Positions 25,089-39,500 of a stretch of DNA of 64,000 bases are shown piece after piece. The stretch's first letter is position 1, and each line of letters starts with the position of its first letter. The translations under genes were made by a program, and so were the position numbers. The notes beneath the pieces were generated by a model. That model worked only from the letters and a program-made list of their open reading frames with translations, was not told the origin of the DNA and ran no database searches. Location: NCBI RefSeq assembly GCF_006345805.1, contig NC_043012.1, positions 13,702,001 to 13,766,000 on the forward strand. The letters are read 5' to 3'. The stretch comes from Octopus sinensis. Taxonomy: Eukaryota.

Positions 25089-26224
25089 GTATATACATAT
25101 ATATATATAATAAATGTATTTTGCTGTCTAGGAAGAGGCATTTGGCTAATATTATTCTCACACACGCTTAACTTCAATTTCTCTCCTTTATTATTAAGCA
25201 AATGGTTAAACATCCAACTCGCCGACTAACTGTTTGTTTAACTTGGTTAAACAGTAATTCATCCGTTTTGTTTTTGTTTTTATTTAATATTTTTATAAGT
25301 AATAATGTATAATTAATTTATTAGGTCTTTATTATACGTGCATATATATTTATTGATAGAGATAATATGAGATCTTAAATCTAATATTTATATACATTTA
25401 TATATTTTCATTGATAATTTATTTATTATTCAATTATTATATAATTATTTGACTTGAAATTATATTTAATAATATGAATAGTCATTTTTCTTTTGTAAAA
25501 TATGTATGTAATTAGATATTGACTATAACTCATATTAGATTATTTGTGGGTTTCTTAAAAATTAATACTTAAAAATTAATATTTAACATTATAATCGATT
25601 GTATGACGTAATCATAATCGTTAAGTTTCTTGTTTGATAATATAGTTTTTTATAAGAAAAATTATTATTTTATTTATTTCTTAAAAAATATTGTTCAAAT
25701 ATTTCTGATTATTTATTTAAATATTATAATTAACCTGAAGATTGACTATAACCATAATTCGAATTATTAATTGAATTTAAATTATTGTTATTCGAATGGT
25801 TTATAGGCATGAAATGATCGTAGTGGTTTTATTCTTTATCTTATATTAAACTTTTAATACTTTTTGATAGTTATATATATATTTTTTTTTAAATAATAAT
25901 AATATATATATAGATATATATAAATTTAAGTATAAATTATTAATTATAATTTATACTTAAATTTATATATTATAATTTATATATTAAATTTATAATTATT
26001 AATTATAAGTATAAATTATTAATTTAAATAATTTTTTAAATTTTAACTTTAAATTTAAATAATTTAAATTTTGAATTTTATATTTTATTTTTTTTATTAA
26101 TTAATTTTATTTCACTGTATTGGTTTATGATTTTCACTGTTTGATTTGCCTAATAGTGGTTTTATCTCTAATTTAATATATATATATATAAATATATAGG
26201 TGTGTGTGTGTGTATGTGTGTGTG

Positions 26225-26577
26225 TGTAAGGTATACTAGCCATCTCAATATGGCTAACCACTAAGGGTGGGTGTTACTGTAGATTGTAGCCCCAGGAGAT
26301 CATCGTCTCCAGCTGGTTTTAGGCACACTTTCTGTGCGCTTATGGTATTTGCAAAGGGAGATCATCCCTCTCTCGTACGCTGAAGACAGGCAAATACCTA
26401 GAAACTGCAGTCCGTGCGTATCACTTAGGATGACGAGAGAGGGATAACCTCCCTTTCCAAATGCAATAAGGGCACAGAAAGTGTTCCTAAAGTCAGCTGG
26501 AGACGATGATCTCCTGGGGCTGCAGTAACACCCACCCTTAATGGTTAGCCATATTATTATGGCAAGTATACCTTACA
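26225..26577. mobile_element. Fold-back element (arms 26225-26376 / 26433-26577) with a hammerhead in its loop
   Basis: Imperfect ~150-bp inverted arms enclosing the motif listed next. Confidence 0.75.
26374..26418 (+). ncRNA. Minimal type I hammerhead ribozyme motif
   Basis: CGTACG-CTGAAGA-c-AGG(CAAATA)CCT-a-GAAAC-TGCA-GTC-CGTGCG: 6-bp stem I, intact core, palindromic TGCA loop, GUC site. Confidence 0.8.
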
Positions 26578-26624
26578 TTGTCGTGCAGTTACTGTTTACA
26601 TCTCGTTCAGAGATTTATTATTGC

Positions 26625-26663
<39 letters not shown>

Positions 26664-27700
26664 GTATATACAACATACATATACTATTGTGTATGTATTA
26701 TGTATGCCTGTATGAATGGATTTATGGAATTAATCTTGATCCACAAAATTATCTGCCACAAGCATTCCGATTAACTTAATTATCATCTGGATCCGTAGCA
26801 TATTAATTTTACCCGAAACAGTGTCTCAGTAATCTCTAGATCTCGATTTTCTCACAAAACTTACACATTCAATGAAAAATTTCAAGATATTTTATATCAT
26901 TTATTTGATGTTTACATATTATATTTCTTGACTTGTTTGAACTACATAATGCAAAGCCACTTTCCACTAATAAACGTAGATTTAGTATATGTGTATATTA
27001 ATATGCATGTTGCTGATTAGCGTAAACTGTAAAATAAATACGATGTAAATTCCAAAATTACTTTGGTATATCAGATATTATGAAGAATATTAGAACTAAA
27101 ATGTATCCTATTTTTCAGTTCAGATGTTTGTATGAATTTTCATCTACTTTTATTGCTCTGATTTGGAAGTAAAATCTGGGTGTGTCTGATAATTTTTTCA
27201 GTCTTTCTGAACACGACATAACCGAAGATATAAATTCGACGGTTACAGTAGAAAAAAAAAACAAAAACACAATTTTAGAAGAAGTTAAGAAATAAGTGAC
27301 TGGACTTGAAAAATTTTGCGTGATAGTGAAGAGTTTGATGCGGTGCACAAAATGAGAGGGTCCAGAGAAAGAAAGATGCAAATGACTTGTATATTCCTGC
27401 GTGTTTAGAGTAAGACTCCACATAGTTTCTAGATACAATGTTCATTATACCACCTTCAAATATAGCAGAGGATGGAGCGACTGTGAAATTCATGCACATT
27501 TGAAAAAAGCGGCATACAGCAAAAGTGTCGTGAATAAATAAAATCATTTTGCAAACATATAGAGGGTGATGATTCTCAAAGTGTTACGTACTTTGTTCAG
27601 AACCCGAAAAGGTAGACAAAATACTAAAAAGAAACACTGTATAAAAGGCTTGCTTGTATCCTTTACGAACAATAATCGTCCGCCGAGTACACAGTGTATA

Positions 27701-27734
<34 letters not shown>

Positions 27735-27800
27735 ATAAATATAAATATAAATGAGATAAAAACCAAGACTGTGAAGATTTTAGAACATTTATAAATAGAA

Positions 27801-27849
27801 GGTCTTACAGCTGTTTCCATGATATTTATAATATCCCTTCATCGGATAC
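27801..27849 (-). ncRNA. Hammerhead motif, U4C core variant, weak stem I
   Basis: Minus strand GTAT-CCGATGA-AGG-GATATT(ATA)AATATC-ATG-GAAAC-AGCT-G-TA-AGAC. Confidence 0.55.
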
Positions 27850-27929
27850 GGTGCGAGAAAATGGTTAATTTAGATAAGTATTGCTTAACCATTTTCTCAC
27901 ACAGTCTACATTGAAGAGATATCATAAAT

Positions 27930-28085
27930 GTCCTGTAAACAGAGTGTTTGGGTGGCAAGTGCATGTACCAAGAATGACAAACATCCAGTCAACGTCATGG
28001 TGTTTGGATTAATGGTAGCGTTATGCCTCTATTACTTTTCCGACACGGCCTCAAACTCAACACGAAGGCATGTATCAAGAGGAGA
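27930..28085 (+). mobile_element. Tc1-like DDE transposase fragment
   Basis: KHPVNVMVFG / VMPLLLFRHGLKLNTKACIK resembles the Tc1-family segment after the first catalytic D. Confidence 0.45.
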
Positions 28086-28102
28086 AGGCTTGTATATGTA
28101 TA

Positions 28103-28153
<51 letters not shown>

Positions 28154-28167
28154 AACACACTTACACA

Positions 28168-28206
28168 CTAGCGGAGATACCCGGCGTTGCTCGGGATCAA
28201 AATTGC

Positions 28207-28248
<42 letters not shown>

Positions 28249-29150
28249 TTATGTTGAAACGGGTGGTACGGGAAAATGCAGAATTGACGACAATATATTT
28301 GTGGACAACATGATGGTCTAATTTGACTAAGTGACATGTCATGCGTCCATTTGGAGTATTCCAGGCCCTCACACGAAATGGAAAATTGGGGGTTGGAGGT
28401 TATGTGAATTTTGAACGCACCGAAAAGCTGACACTATATATAATCTCCTTTGCAGCATATATATCTCTCCTTTCCGTCTTACACGACCCATCGTCTAACG
28501 TTTTCGCACCTCGTTCGGGTTTGTTGTCCTACATTATTTATCAAGTAAATTTGGAGGAATTGTGATTGTTCATTTGTGAGTCACTTGAAAGCAATGAGGT
28601 AACAGACTTTCCTTTGAATTTTTAACATCGGCGTAAATTCATGTTCAACTATCCCCTTAGATCCACGAAACGATGTCATTTGAAATTCAGAGTTGTATTG
28701 TCTGATATCGTTCAGAAAAACATATTTTTACTGGGCGGAAGTGCCTTCCAGAAGATCCATAAGACTTTGAGAAGGAACTCGTAGTGATGGCAATTTTATC
28801 TTACCGCCTGAGCAGCACATGTCTTTAGTTTCATTCGTAAAATCTAAAACTTTGAATAAGCGATAATTTGAGTTAAGCACACCAATTCGGACAAAATTAT
28901 TATTTATACACGAATAGAATGGATCATATGTGAAAACAGATCCAGGAGTTGTGAAGAAGGAATTTGTGCGTAGTCTGCTTCTCAGAGCAGTTCTATTGGG
29001 TATCTGTGTAATCATTAAAAAGTTGATTTATCGATTCAGCATCAAGTGCTGCAGCATATTATTGCTGATCTAGGGAAAGTTTCATGTAGCTTCTCTCTTG
29101 AGACTTCATTTGATGTGCTGCAGCATGCGCTTGCAGATGTTGAGAAAGTC
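28168..29150 (-). mobile_element. Internally deleted Helitron (N-terminal RepHel region plus 3' terminus)
   Basis: MCCSGGKIKLPSL...FLNDIRQYNSEFQMTSF is typical of Helitron RepHel N-termini; minus-strand end CCCGAGCAACGCCGGG-TATCTCCG-CTAG at 28168. Confidence 0.75.
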
Positions 29151-29500
29151 TCAGAAATATAAAAGAAATGCGTTCATCTTAGTGTTATCATATTACAATC
29201 GAAAGTGGCAGAATAAAATTAAAACTATATAAGCTTATCACTTTAGAATGAAAGGTGAAAGAACACAAGTGAAAGTAGATCACATTACAATATAAATCTT
29301 ATGCTTTCCAATGTGACACGATAAACTGGACCAGTTCCAATGTTGTTTTAATCCAAGTGAAAATAAAATTACAGGTTTACACTCACGGAGTGTGATACTA
29401 TTACCTTGAAATATTTGATTTGATTTGGTCGATCTGTATGAGAATACACAGAGGACAGACAGAGAGGTAGACAAAGAAATTTATATATTATATATATATA

Positions 29501-29561
<61 letters not shown>

Positions 29562-29576
29562 ATATATATATATAAT

Positions 29577-29613
<37 letters not shown>

Positions 29614-30059
29614 TTACATACATGCATACATACAACCATACATACAAACATATAGATGTAGATGCATGTGTGTGTATATATATGTTGAGAGAAAACAGGT
29701 GACAGGAGAACAGGATAACGTTATGGAATTCAGATACTGACCATATTCATTGAGTAAACTGAAGTTTGAAAATTGTGCACTGCAATCTTATAGGAATTGG
29801 TGTTGATTTTGAATTCCAACAGCTGTGGGTTGTAAGCACGTTTATACATTCTGGCTCGTGTATGAAAGTTTTGTGTGCAAACTAATACGTGCAGGACCCT
29901 TTTCTATATAGATATACAATGTGAGTGGTGTGTGTGTGTGTGTGTTCTTTTGTGAGTGTTTGTGTTTGTGCGAATGTGTGCGAGTGTGTATGTATGTGTT
30001 TGTCTGCACGCGTGCATCTATATACACACACATTGAGTTATGTATGTGTTTATGTATAC

Positions 30060-30109
<50 letters not shown>

Positions 30110-30126
30110 GCGTATGTACATGTATA

Positions 30127-30203
<77 letters not shown>

Positions 30204-30266
30204 GATATATATATATATAATATATATATATATATACATATATATATGTATATATAGGTATAGATA

Positions 30267-30309
<43 letters not shown>

Positions 30310-30319
30310 CATATATATA

Positions 30320-30372
<53 letters not shown>

Positions 30373-33056
30373 AGCGTGTGGCTAGTATGTTTAGTGTGAC
30401 CAAAGCAGTTGCTTACAATTACATGATACTTTCATAGCATTTAATAGTAGGAAAACATCTATTAACAAACAACTGAGATTTAACAAAAAGTGAACGTAAT
30501 GCACCACTCCTGAAAGACTCAAGAGACACTAAGTTTCACTTTCATCTGCTATGCCAATATTGATTCAAATATATGCTATTAAGCTTAGTACAGAGCAACC
30601 TGTATAATGTGAAATTGTATATTTTGCTTAATAGATATGCATTAGCATTCGTTTGTGAAAATTGATTGATAATCAAAATGTGTTTCGAAAATTAGTAAAA
30701 CATAGTTGCACACATGCCTAATGAGTTACATTATTAAATTAGCAAATATAATGCTTTTGTTAATTTTTACTTGTTTCCGGGTATAAATAATAAGATGTCT
30801 ATGGATGAACATGTGTGATGCAATAATTACGGTGCATTGAAGGTAAAATATCTAACAGTAATCAACATATTTATAATAAAACAAAATTGTCCTTATGCTC
30901 TATAACGACACTTTTATTTCTTACATATTGATACACTTAATACTCAATATTTCTTTCCGCTACAATATGTGTTTACTGCTTGTAGGATAGAATTATTCAT
31001 GTATCTGAGCACTAAAATATAAAATATTTTTCCAAATATTATAGATATGAAAGAACGATGTAGTTTCATTGAGCATTCACAATGCACCTAGACGTTTTCA
31101 CTACGAATATTATGAGTACCCTTATTCTTGTACTCTCATGAATACAGTGAAAGAGAAAGTATGCTGGAGTACATTAGAGAACTCATAGTCATCTTTAACC
31201 GAACACTTTTCGACATTTTTAAGATTCGCTTGAAAATGAAAGCGAGTGTGAAAATGGAGGTGCCGTCTTGAATGCCTTTAGTAGAAACGATTTATGTAAA
31301 GATGTATGAGAGTAGCGAAAATAGCAAATGAAAATGTAGATTATCTCTAAGGAAAAGGATGTTGGTTGCAAACGACAGGGAAAAATGACACTTAATCTTC
31401 ATGTTTGGACAATCTTTGAAGTGTGAGAACTCTCCATGTGCCATACATCTCGTCATCTGTTAGAAAGAGAATTAAGATTACATTTCCTTATTTGTTAACC
31501 ACGTATACTTATAATATGCATTTTCATTTGAGGTTTCAATGTAACGGACTACATTTTATATATCGCACTGGAATTATCCCCTCCTCCTTTGCTCTGATGA
31601 CAAATAAGATAAAGCACACCAATTTTTGTTTCACTTGGTTCATGATTGGTTTTATTCCTCAATGAATTTATACAGGTAGATTTCAATACGTCATCAAACG
31701 CTCGATACCGATCTGATTATTTTTCCTTTTCCTTACAGGCAAATCTTTAGAATTTCTACACGACATTCCATTCCAATCTCCTTTATCTGTCTCGTCTATG
31801 ACATCACTAACAGAGAATAATGCACTACTTATCACAGGTATAGTGTAAACAAATTCATGTTCCAAATCCTCGCTTTCTCTGATTTTAAGGGTTTGTATTT
31901 TGCCAAATTTCCATCTCTGCTTTTTTCACAATACTGGAATCAATGATGTATCAGTCACGAAATAAATTTGAGATTCATTTTCTATTATTGTAATATCTAA
32001 TTTAATATGGTCTATCATTTTATCCGTTTGTATTGCAAAACCACACAAATTTTGCTTGTTTCCAACTTAATTAGTCTTTCTATCTGAAGAGTGTACCATC
32101 CTGCTTCAAACATCCATTTCTGACAAATCTTTTAGTGCAAGGCTTAAACAACTTGATCATGTCTTTATTTCCTATATTCTAGCTGGGCCAACTTGAAATA
32201 TTCTGCAATGATGCCAATCATTGTTTCATCCCCAATTGCAAACACTCAGCATTTTTCCGACAGATTCTCCCCGTACACATATTTTCTCAAATTTCCCCTT
32301 TCAAATGCCTCCTTTTCAAAGAGGCTCAGGATATTGTTCAATACACATGCTCAGGGGTTTTCCAAAACTGACCAAGCAAATATATTTCCTAGATCTGTTT
32401 AAAATGTTCCCTTTGAATTCCATTCATGTCATTTGCTCCTTTCTTAGGCTTCAATATTATTAAATTTATTTTACTATTACTTTATCACGCCGATGGCAAA
32501 TGAGGCACTGGAATTGCTATGGTGGCACTTATTTTGTTTTTGCACAAGGCATTCAAACATACATATACACATACATATATACTCATATATAAAAATTAGT
32601 GCACATTTATGTACAGAGACAAGCCAATAGCAGGTTCCCTGAGATAGTAGAAAGAACAGTCAAAAAATCCAAACCACAGTTCAGAGCAATTTCAAAGGGA
32701 ATGAAAAATAAAAACAACACATTTACCATGTTTTGCAGCCGGTCCTCAGACTTCGAAATTAAATTAGCAAATAAAATAATTTACAACGTCAAGTATTCAT
32801 CAGCGGACACGCTATAACATTAATATATAAAGTAGAGACCAACTAACGCGTGTCTCATCCTTATATAATATATTTTTTCAAATCCACCGCGCAGGCGCAG
32901 TTTTAATCCGCTGCAGTTAAAAATTCCGATTAAGCTTCCGAAATTGATAAAATCATTTCCCAAATTTATATAGTGTAGAAAAAAATTATAGAAATCTTTT
33001 CTTCCAGTGGCCTAGTATGTATACAAAGTCAATAGACTATATAAAAAATAGTGTAC

Positions 33057-33160
<104 letters not shown>

Positions 33161-33221
33161 AAATATATATAACATATATATATATGTATATATATAAATA
33201 TATGTATACACATATATATAT

Positions 33222-35885
33222 ATGTGGGGCCTGTTGCATCAAAATAGAAACAAAATTTCTTTCCTGAGAGATCTTACTGCATGCAATCAAGCCCTATGCA
33301 TAGCACTTGTGGAAACTCACCTCAACCTTGATATAGAGGACGCAGAAGTACACATACCAAACTATGCCATACTGCGAACAGACAGAAGGGAAAGGAGCCA
33401 TGGTGGAGTTGCTGTATACATCCGAGATGACCTCACACCCCAGGTCTTGATGACATACTCAAATTCGGTATGTGACACCTTAATTGTATACATAAGACAA
33501 CATAATATAGTCATATGCAATGCATATTGCCCACCGGATGCACCAAATCACATAGGCAAGTTTGAAGATTGCCTCACAAGAATTAAAGAAATCCTCATGA
33601 ATCTGGAACACCACGTGACCATATTTCTTATGGGTGATTTCAACTTCCCCAACGTAAAATGGCCCGAAGATCACATACTCTCAGGAATGAATCATTGCAA
33701 GCAAGTACAGGTGGAGTCCCTGCTCAACCTCACCAATGCCTTATTCATGTCTTCTGTGCAAGCCGTATGCCAGAAATATGTCCCAGAGCACAAGGCTAAA
33801 ACAAATAGGAGCAAGATTCCAAGAGACAGGAAGATCCTCATGAGACGACGGACGAAGGTTGCAAATCGTCTCAACCAACATCCCAAAAGTAGCGAAACGT
33901 CCCGCCTAAAAACAACACTGATGGAGATCGAAAAAAGGCTGCAACAATCCTATGTGAAGGAGAAAGCAGACAAAGAAGCCTGGGTTATAAAAAACATTCA
34001 ATCAAACCCAAAGGTCTTCTTTCATTACGCGAAAGAAACAGTCTCAGTGCACTACAAGATAGGACCCCTTCTCCAGAAGGATGGCTCCCTCACAGACAGT
34101 CCAACTATGATCAGTGAGATGCTGAATGGCCAGTTCAAAAGTGTCTTTACCACCCCGTTGGAACACAGACAAGTGAACGAACCAGTGGACTTCTTTGCCG
34201 CCTCACCTATAACCAACGAGGCGGTTACAATAGAATGTATTGACATTAGCGAAAAAGATGTCCTACTAGCCATAGATGAATTGGACACAAACTCAGCCGC
34301 TGGTCCAGACGGTTTCCCAGCCATCCTCCTCAAAGCGTGTAAGCATGCCCTGGCAAAACCCCTTAAGATTCTCTTCCAGAGCTTTCTTGTGAAAGGCAAA
34401 CTGCCAAGCAAGCTGAAGGAGGGAATAATATGCCCAATACATAAAGAGGGAAGTAGAGCAGATGCCAAAAACTATAGGCCTATCTCTCTGACTTCACACA
34501 TCAGCAAAGTCGTGGAAAGGATAGTCAGAAAGAAACTAATCGCATTCCTTGAGGAGAATAACTTGCTGAGTAATACCCAGCATGGTTTTCGACCAGGTAG
34601 GAGCTGCCTGACCCAGCTCTTACAGCATTATGACTGGGTGTTGAGGCAGTTACTCATCAAATCAAATGTGGACGTAATCTACCTTGATTTTGCAAAAGCT
34701 TTTGAGAAGGTGGATCATGATATGATATGCCACAAACTACGTGACCTCGGCATAGCTGGAAAACTCGGAGTGTGGTTGCATGACATCATGAAAGATAGGA
34801 GTCAGGCAGTAGTGGTTAATGGAGCCACCTCTATGAACACACAAATAGTGAGCGGTATTCCACAGGGCACTGTCTTGGGACCACTGCTTTTTATATTGGC
34901 CCTCTCAGATATGCCCTCAAATGCCCGGATAGCCACTCTGGCCAGCTATGCAGACGATACGAAAGTCTCGCAGAAAATACAGAACCCCAGCGATGTTGCA
35001 CACCTGCATCAGGAGTTGGACTCAATCAACAGATGGGCTGAGGATAATAATATGCAGTTTAATGCTGAAAAATTCCAGGTCCTGCGCTACCAGCATCCAA
35101 AACTGAATATTAAACTTACAGGATACACCGGTCCACAGGGAATTTCAATCCCAGAGCCTAAGTCTGGGACAAGTGCACATTACCAGGATGGCGACAAAGT
35201 GCAGACGACTGGCTGGGTGGATCCTAAGAACATTCAGAACCAGAGATAAGGAAACCATGATGGTCCTCTGGCGGACATTCGTCCTCAGTCGCCTGGATTA
35301 CTGCTCACAGCTATGGTCACCCACCAGTGTAAAATTAACAGCAGACCTTGAAGCAATCCAGAGAAGATTCACAAAGAAGATCGTCTCTTTGCAACAGCTC
35401 AGCTACTGGGAAATGTTGAAACAGCTAAGACTCTACTCCCTGGAGAGAAGACGGGAGAGGTATGCAGTAATATATGTCTGGAAGATCCTGGAAGGAATTG
35501 TGCCAAATTTTGGCATTGTAAGCTACACCAATGCTAGAACGGGACGACACTGCATAGTGCCAAAGATCCCAGCAATGCCATCACGCTTCAGGACCAGCTT
35601 CTGCAACAGTCTGGGTTTCAAGGGCCCACAGCTTTTTAATATTCTCCCAAAGAGTCTGAGGAACTTGCACAAATTAGATGTAGCGGTTTTTAAATCAAAA
35701 CTGGACATCTTCCTGTCAAGAGTCCCAGATGAACCTACCTCACGGCGAGAGGTGCAAATGAGAGTAGCTGTATCAAACTCCATTCTTCACCAAGTGCCAC
35801 ATATTAGACGAGGTTCGTCGCAATAACAGTGTAGCACAAAACGGCGGTGCATCGCATGGCCGCAGCTCTGAGCTGAAACTAGAAA

Positions 35886-35894
<9 letters not shown>
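33222..35894 (+). mobile_element. CR1/L2-group LINE ORF2 (APE endonuclease + RT), internally deleted, with 3' UTR and A-tail
   Basis: VETHL, RTDR..HGGVAVY, MGDFNFP; AGPDG, NYRPISL, QHGFRPGRSC, LDFAKAF, GIPQGTVLGPLLF, YADDTK; the APE C-terminus appears missing and there is a frameshift near 35170; ORF 35173-35826 is the C-terminus; flanked by (TA)n. Confidence 0.92.
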
Positions 35895-35924
<30 letters not shown>

Positions 35925-36286
35925 CATATATATATGTATATATATAAATATATGTATACACATATATATATGTATATACATATATATATACATATGTATA
36001 TATATGCTAATATATACATATATTTATATACTTATATATATGCATATATATATATGGATATATATATATATATACATATATATATGCATATATATACATA
36101 TATATGCATATATATACATATATATATGTATATATATATACGCATATATATTTAAATATATATATGTATATATATATATATCTTTATATATATATATGTA
36201 TATATATATATTATATATATACATATATATGTATATATATATACGATATATATATATGTATATATATATACGCATATATATTTAAA

Positions 36287-36318
<32 letters not shown>

Positions 36319-37594
36319 CATACATATATATATATGGTGGCCATAACCCGAATTTACACACCCAACAAGGATGGTATGAACCTAAAACATCAACACACGA
36401 TGAATTATTTTAAAATATTATTAACAATTAAATGTCAGTATACAAACAGCCTAGATACAAAACAAATATATACGAACAAAAATAAATTAATGCTACACTA
36501 GACGTGCCGTCAAAATATTTTTAAAGATAAATTTGTATAGTTCACAAATTCGGACTCAGAAACCTGGCTTCAGCATTTGTTCGTGACTCTAGATTCACAA
36601 ATTTTGGTTTCCACAAAATTGGCCGAGCCTCACGAATTTAGTTTTTTTTTTAATATGGATTCCGTAAATTTGGATTTCATAATTCTGGCCTCACACATTT
36701 GGTTTTCGAATCTTGGACCTAAACATAAATCTTACGTCAAAGCAACCATTTAAACTTAAATGTTGATGTCACAAAACGGCTGCCGGACTACCTCAATAAT
36801 TATAGTAAAAAAATTAAATAGTGAAACAAAAATAATCTAGATTGCTTTAAATTACACAAAACATTGCTTCATACAAACATGCTGATTCCATCCATTTGTA
36901 TTTTTATTCGTATTCATAGCAAGTCACGATCCTAACCGTGAGCTATAGACATTTTTTTTCAGCTTATCGGACTTCGATATTGTAAGTCTTACTTACTTCT
37001 TTCGCCAAGTTCCTTACCTTTTCTTTTTCTTTCTCCCTCTTTGCGTTTTACTTCTCGTCTGTATGTATATATTGCGTACATATGTATATGTGTATTTGTG
37101 TGTGTATTTACGTCTTACATATATATGTATGCATATGTATGTGGTCTGTGTATATCCATCTGTGCATTTTGCTGTATATATGTATATTGATGGTTTAGTA
37201 TGCGTATATACTGTTGTAAAATATTTTAATGTTTAATGTACTAATTGTATTAATCGAATTATATTTCATATATAATTATTGACAATATGTATTTTGAATA
37301 GGATGAATTCATTTATTTTGTTTATTTTGTTTATGGCATGCTTAAGACCGTAATTTGAAAGGACCAATGAAACAAAACCATATCATTTAACTACAATTGA
37401 TCATATCGTTATTTCTGTTTTATTTTAATAAAACTGTCCGACGAACGGGAACGTGAAACAGCTTTTGTTATATTTCTGCTGCTTTTAAATAAAGCATATT
37501 ACACTACCTCTGGTATTTAAGTACTCTTTTTTCCACCTTGTTTCACGTTTATGCACTTACTCTGGTATATATGTATATATATATATTTATACAC

Positions 37595-37629
<35 letters not shown>

Positions 37630-37638
37630 CACACACAC

Positions 37639-37676
<38 letters not shown>

Positions 37677-38749
37677 ATATATATATATATATACGAAATG
37701 ATGAGATGATGTATGTATATCAAAGGTAGAGATATTCAGTCACGAAATGGTTAACACGTGTGTGATGCACACGATTATTCTTTTTGCATTCTGTTCATTG
37801 TTTTTCTTTTCCTGTATCGGCTTTGTATCAAGAACGGATTCCCGTACCCCGGTCGAGGAGTCTTGTACTATGTCACCTTCTGTTTCAAGTTTTTCTTTAT
37901 TTATCCTTTCAAGTAAAGCATCTTGTTTTTGAAAGTTTTCATTTATCCCTTAGGAGTGTCTTTCAGGTTTTTTCCTATATCAAATATACTGCACCTTGAA
38001 ACGTAATAATTTATTCATGTAAACGCTGGTTAACTATATTCAAAGGCAAATATTATTATCTGTCCACCCCACCGCAATAGGCATAGGTGGTTTAATGTTG
38101 AAATACATACGTTAGTCAATTAGAAACTAGACCTTTTATACTTTATTTGATTACCCGAATGCATCTTCACAGCAATCATCAATTCATCTCGCCACTAAAT
38201 ATTAGATCACAAAGCAAGTAATGTTTGTGAATGGGTTTAGTCGTTACGTGTACCCTATTGCTTGACTGTTATTTTATTTTGTCGATGCTTGAGCGATGAA
38301 AAGCAAAGTTGACCTCGGTGCGAAATGTATTCCGAACCTAAAGGGCAGGAACAAACGCAGCAAAGCATATAATCGATGCTCTGCCACCTCACTACATTGA
38401 CAACAGAACCAACAATAACAAAAACAACAACAATAATAATTAATATTATTATAGTTTATTATTAATCATTACGCTTTTACAGATAAATCGAAGATGGTAC
38501 AGAACGATTGAATACAATACGATATGATGTGGTGCTATATAAAAGTGATTACAATGCAAGTAAAAACAAGAAGGCAGAAAATACAATCAAGGACAACTCC
38601 ACAAATGTAAGTTGACTTCCTAGAGTTGACCGAGTAATTCACACAAAGCAATATTCACGCTGACCAGAATTCAAGCCCTCTCTCCCCATTTTCCTCCATC
38701 AATCTACAACTTATGCTCGAAGCACCCCCGAGCTAATTTGCTGGTAGTT

Positions 38750-39500
38750 TAAGTGGACGTTACCTATGTTTAAACCTTTCAAACCTATCCACTGTACAAC
38801 TTCTTTCACGAAAGCCAGCAAACAAACGCAACATTGCTTCTTCTTCTCGACCATAGGTAAGCAGCGGGACAATGTTTAAAGTAAACATCACACATAGCCG
38901 AATCCGTCATACATGTGACAGATGCGTTCGGGTCAATTCTACAATTCAACAATACCAGGTCAGAAAATGTTCCTCGCTCTGAGCACAACTATTGCAGGTC
39001 TAGTTGAGGGCACTTCAATATCCGAACGGTTTATCTCCTAACGGCAAAACTCAAGCCTATTTACATTGCTTGACCACAAACATCCGGAAATTATGAAGAT
39101 ATTTCCATCACACACGAGCCTGTTTATTTTGTCGACAATAACAGTCTGAGAATATTGGAAATAACTGGAACATCGCCAATCGCATTCTCCGTCTATCTGA
39201 AGGCTGTGGGTGCATGACAAAGCTCTGTGTGTTAAGCGACCTAATTTGGTCTAGGCACGATCGAGAATTACATTTCACTCAGAGTGATAAAATGGTGAAA
39301 AATGAGTGTCTCAAATGGTGACGAGACACTCTTACAGCACAAGACACACTGGATACGTTACTGCTTCAGTGTATGTTTACGCTTTATCACCTGTGGCATC
39401 CCAATCCTTCACTTAGCTGACAGCAAATGGAACACCTGATATTTGAAGCACGCCCTTTGTACAGAAAGTGGAGGAACAGACATTCTCTCCTGTAAGACGT
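38750..39500 (-). mobile_element. Very old non-LTR remnant (possibly L1/Tx1-like C-terminus); paralogous copy at ~56040-56770
   Basis: TCNSCAQSEEH and FKHCPAAYLW-like pieces; clear nucleotide similarity between the two copies. Confidence 0.35.

Noticed and set aside
31683-32460. Possible decayed coding sequence on the minus strand
   Set aside because: Multiple stops and no motif I can assign.
32735-32810. Minus-strand CTGATGA hammerhead candidate
   Set aside because: No intact GAAA core downstream.
34052-34468. Antisense ORFs over the LINE and CR genes (also 19802-20273, 61674-61967)
   Set aside because: Shadow ORFs of the real coding strand.
33222-35249. Active, intact LINE
   Set aside because: The start comes from the TA tract, the APE end appears deleted, and a frameshift separates the C-terminus.
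37438-37465. Hammerhead CCGACGA-ACG(GGAA)CGT-GAAAC-AGCT
   Set aside because: Cleavage triplet and 3' strand of stem I are missing; a remnant at best.
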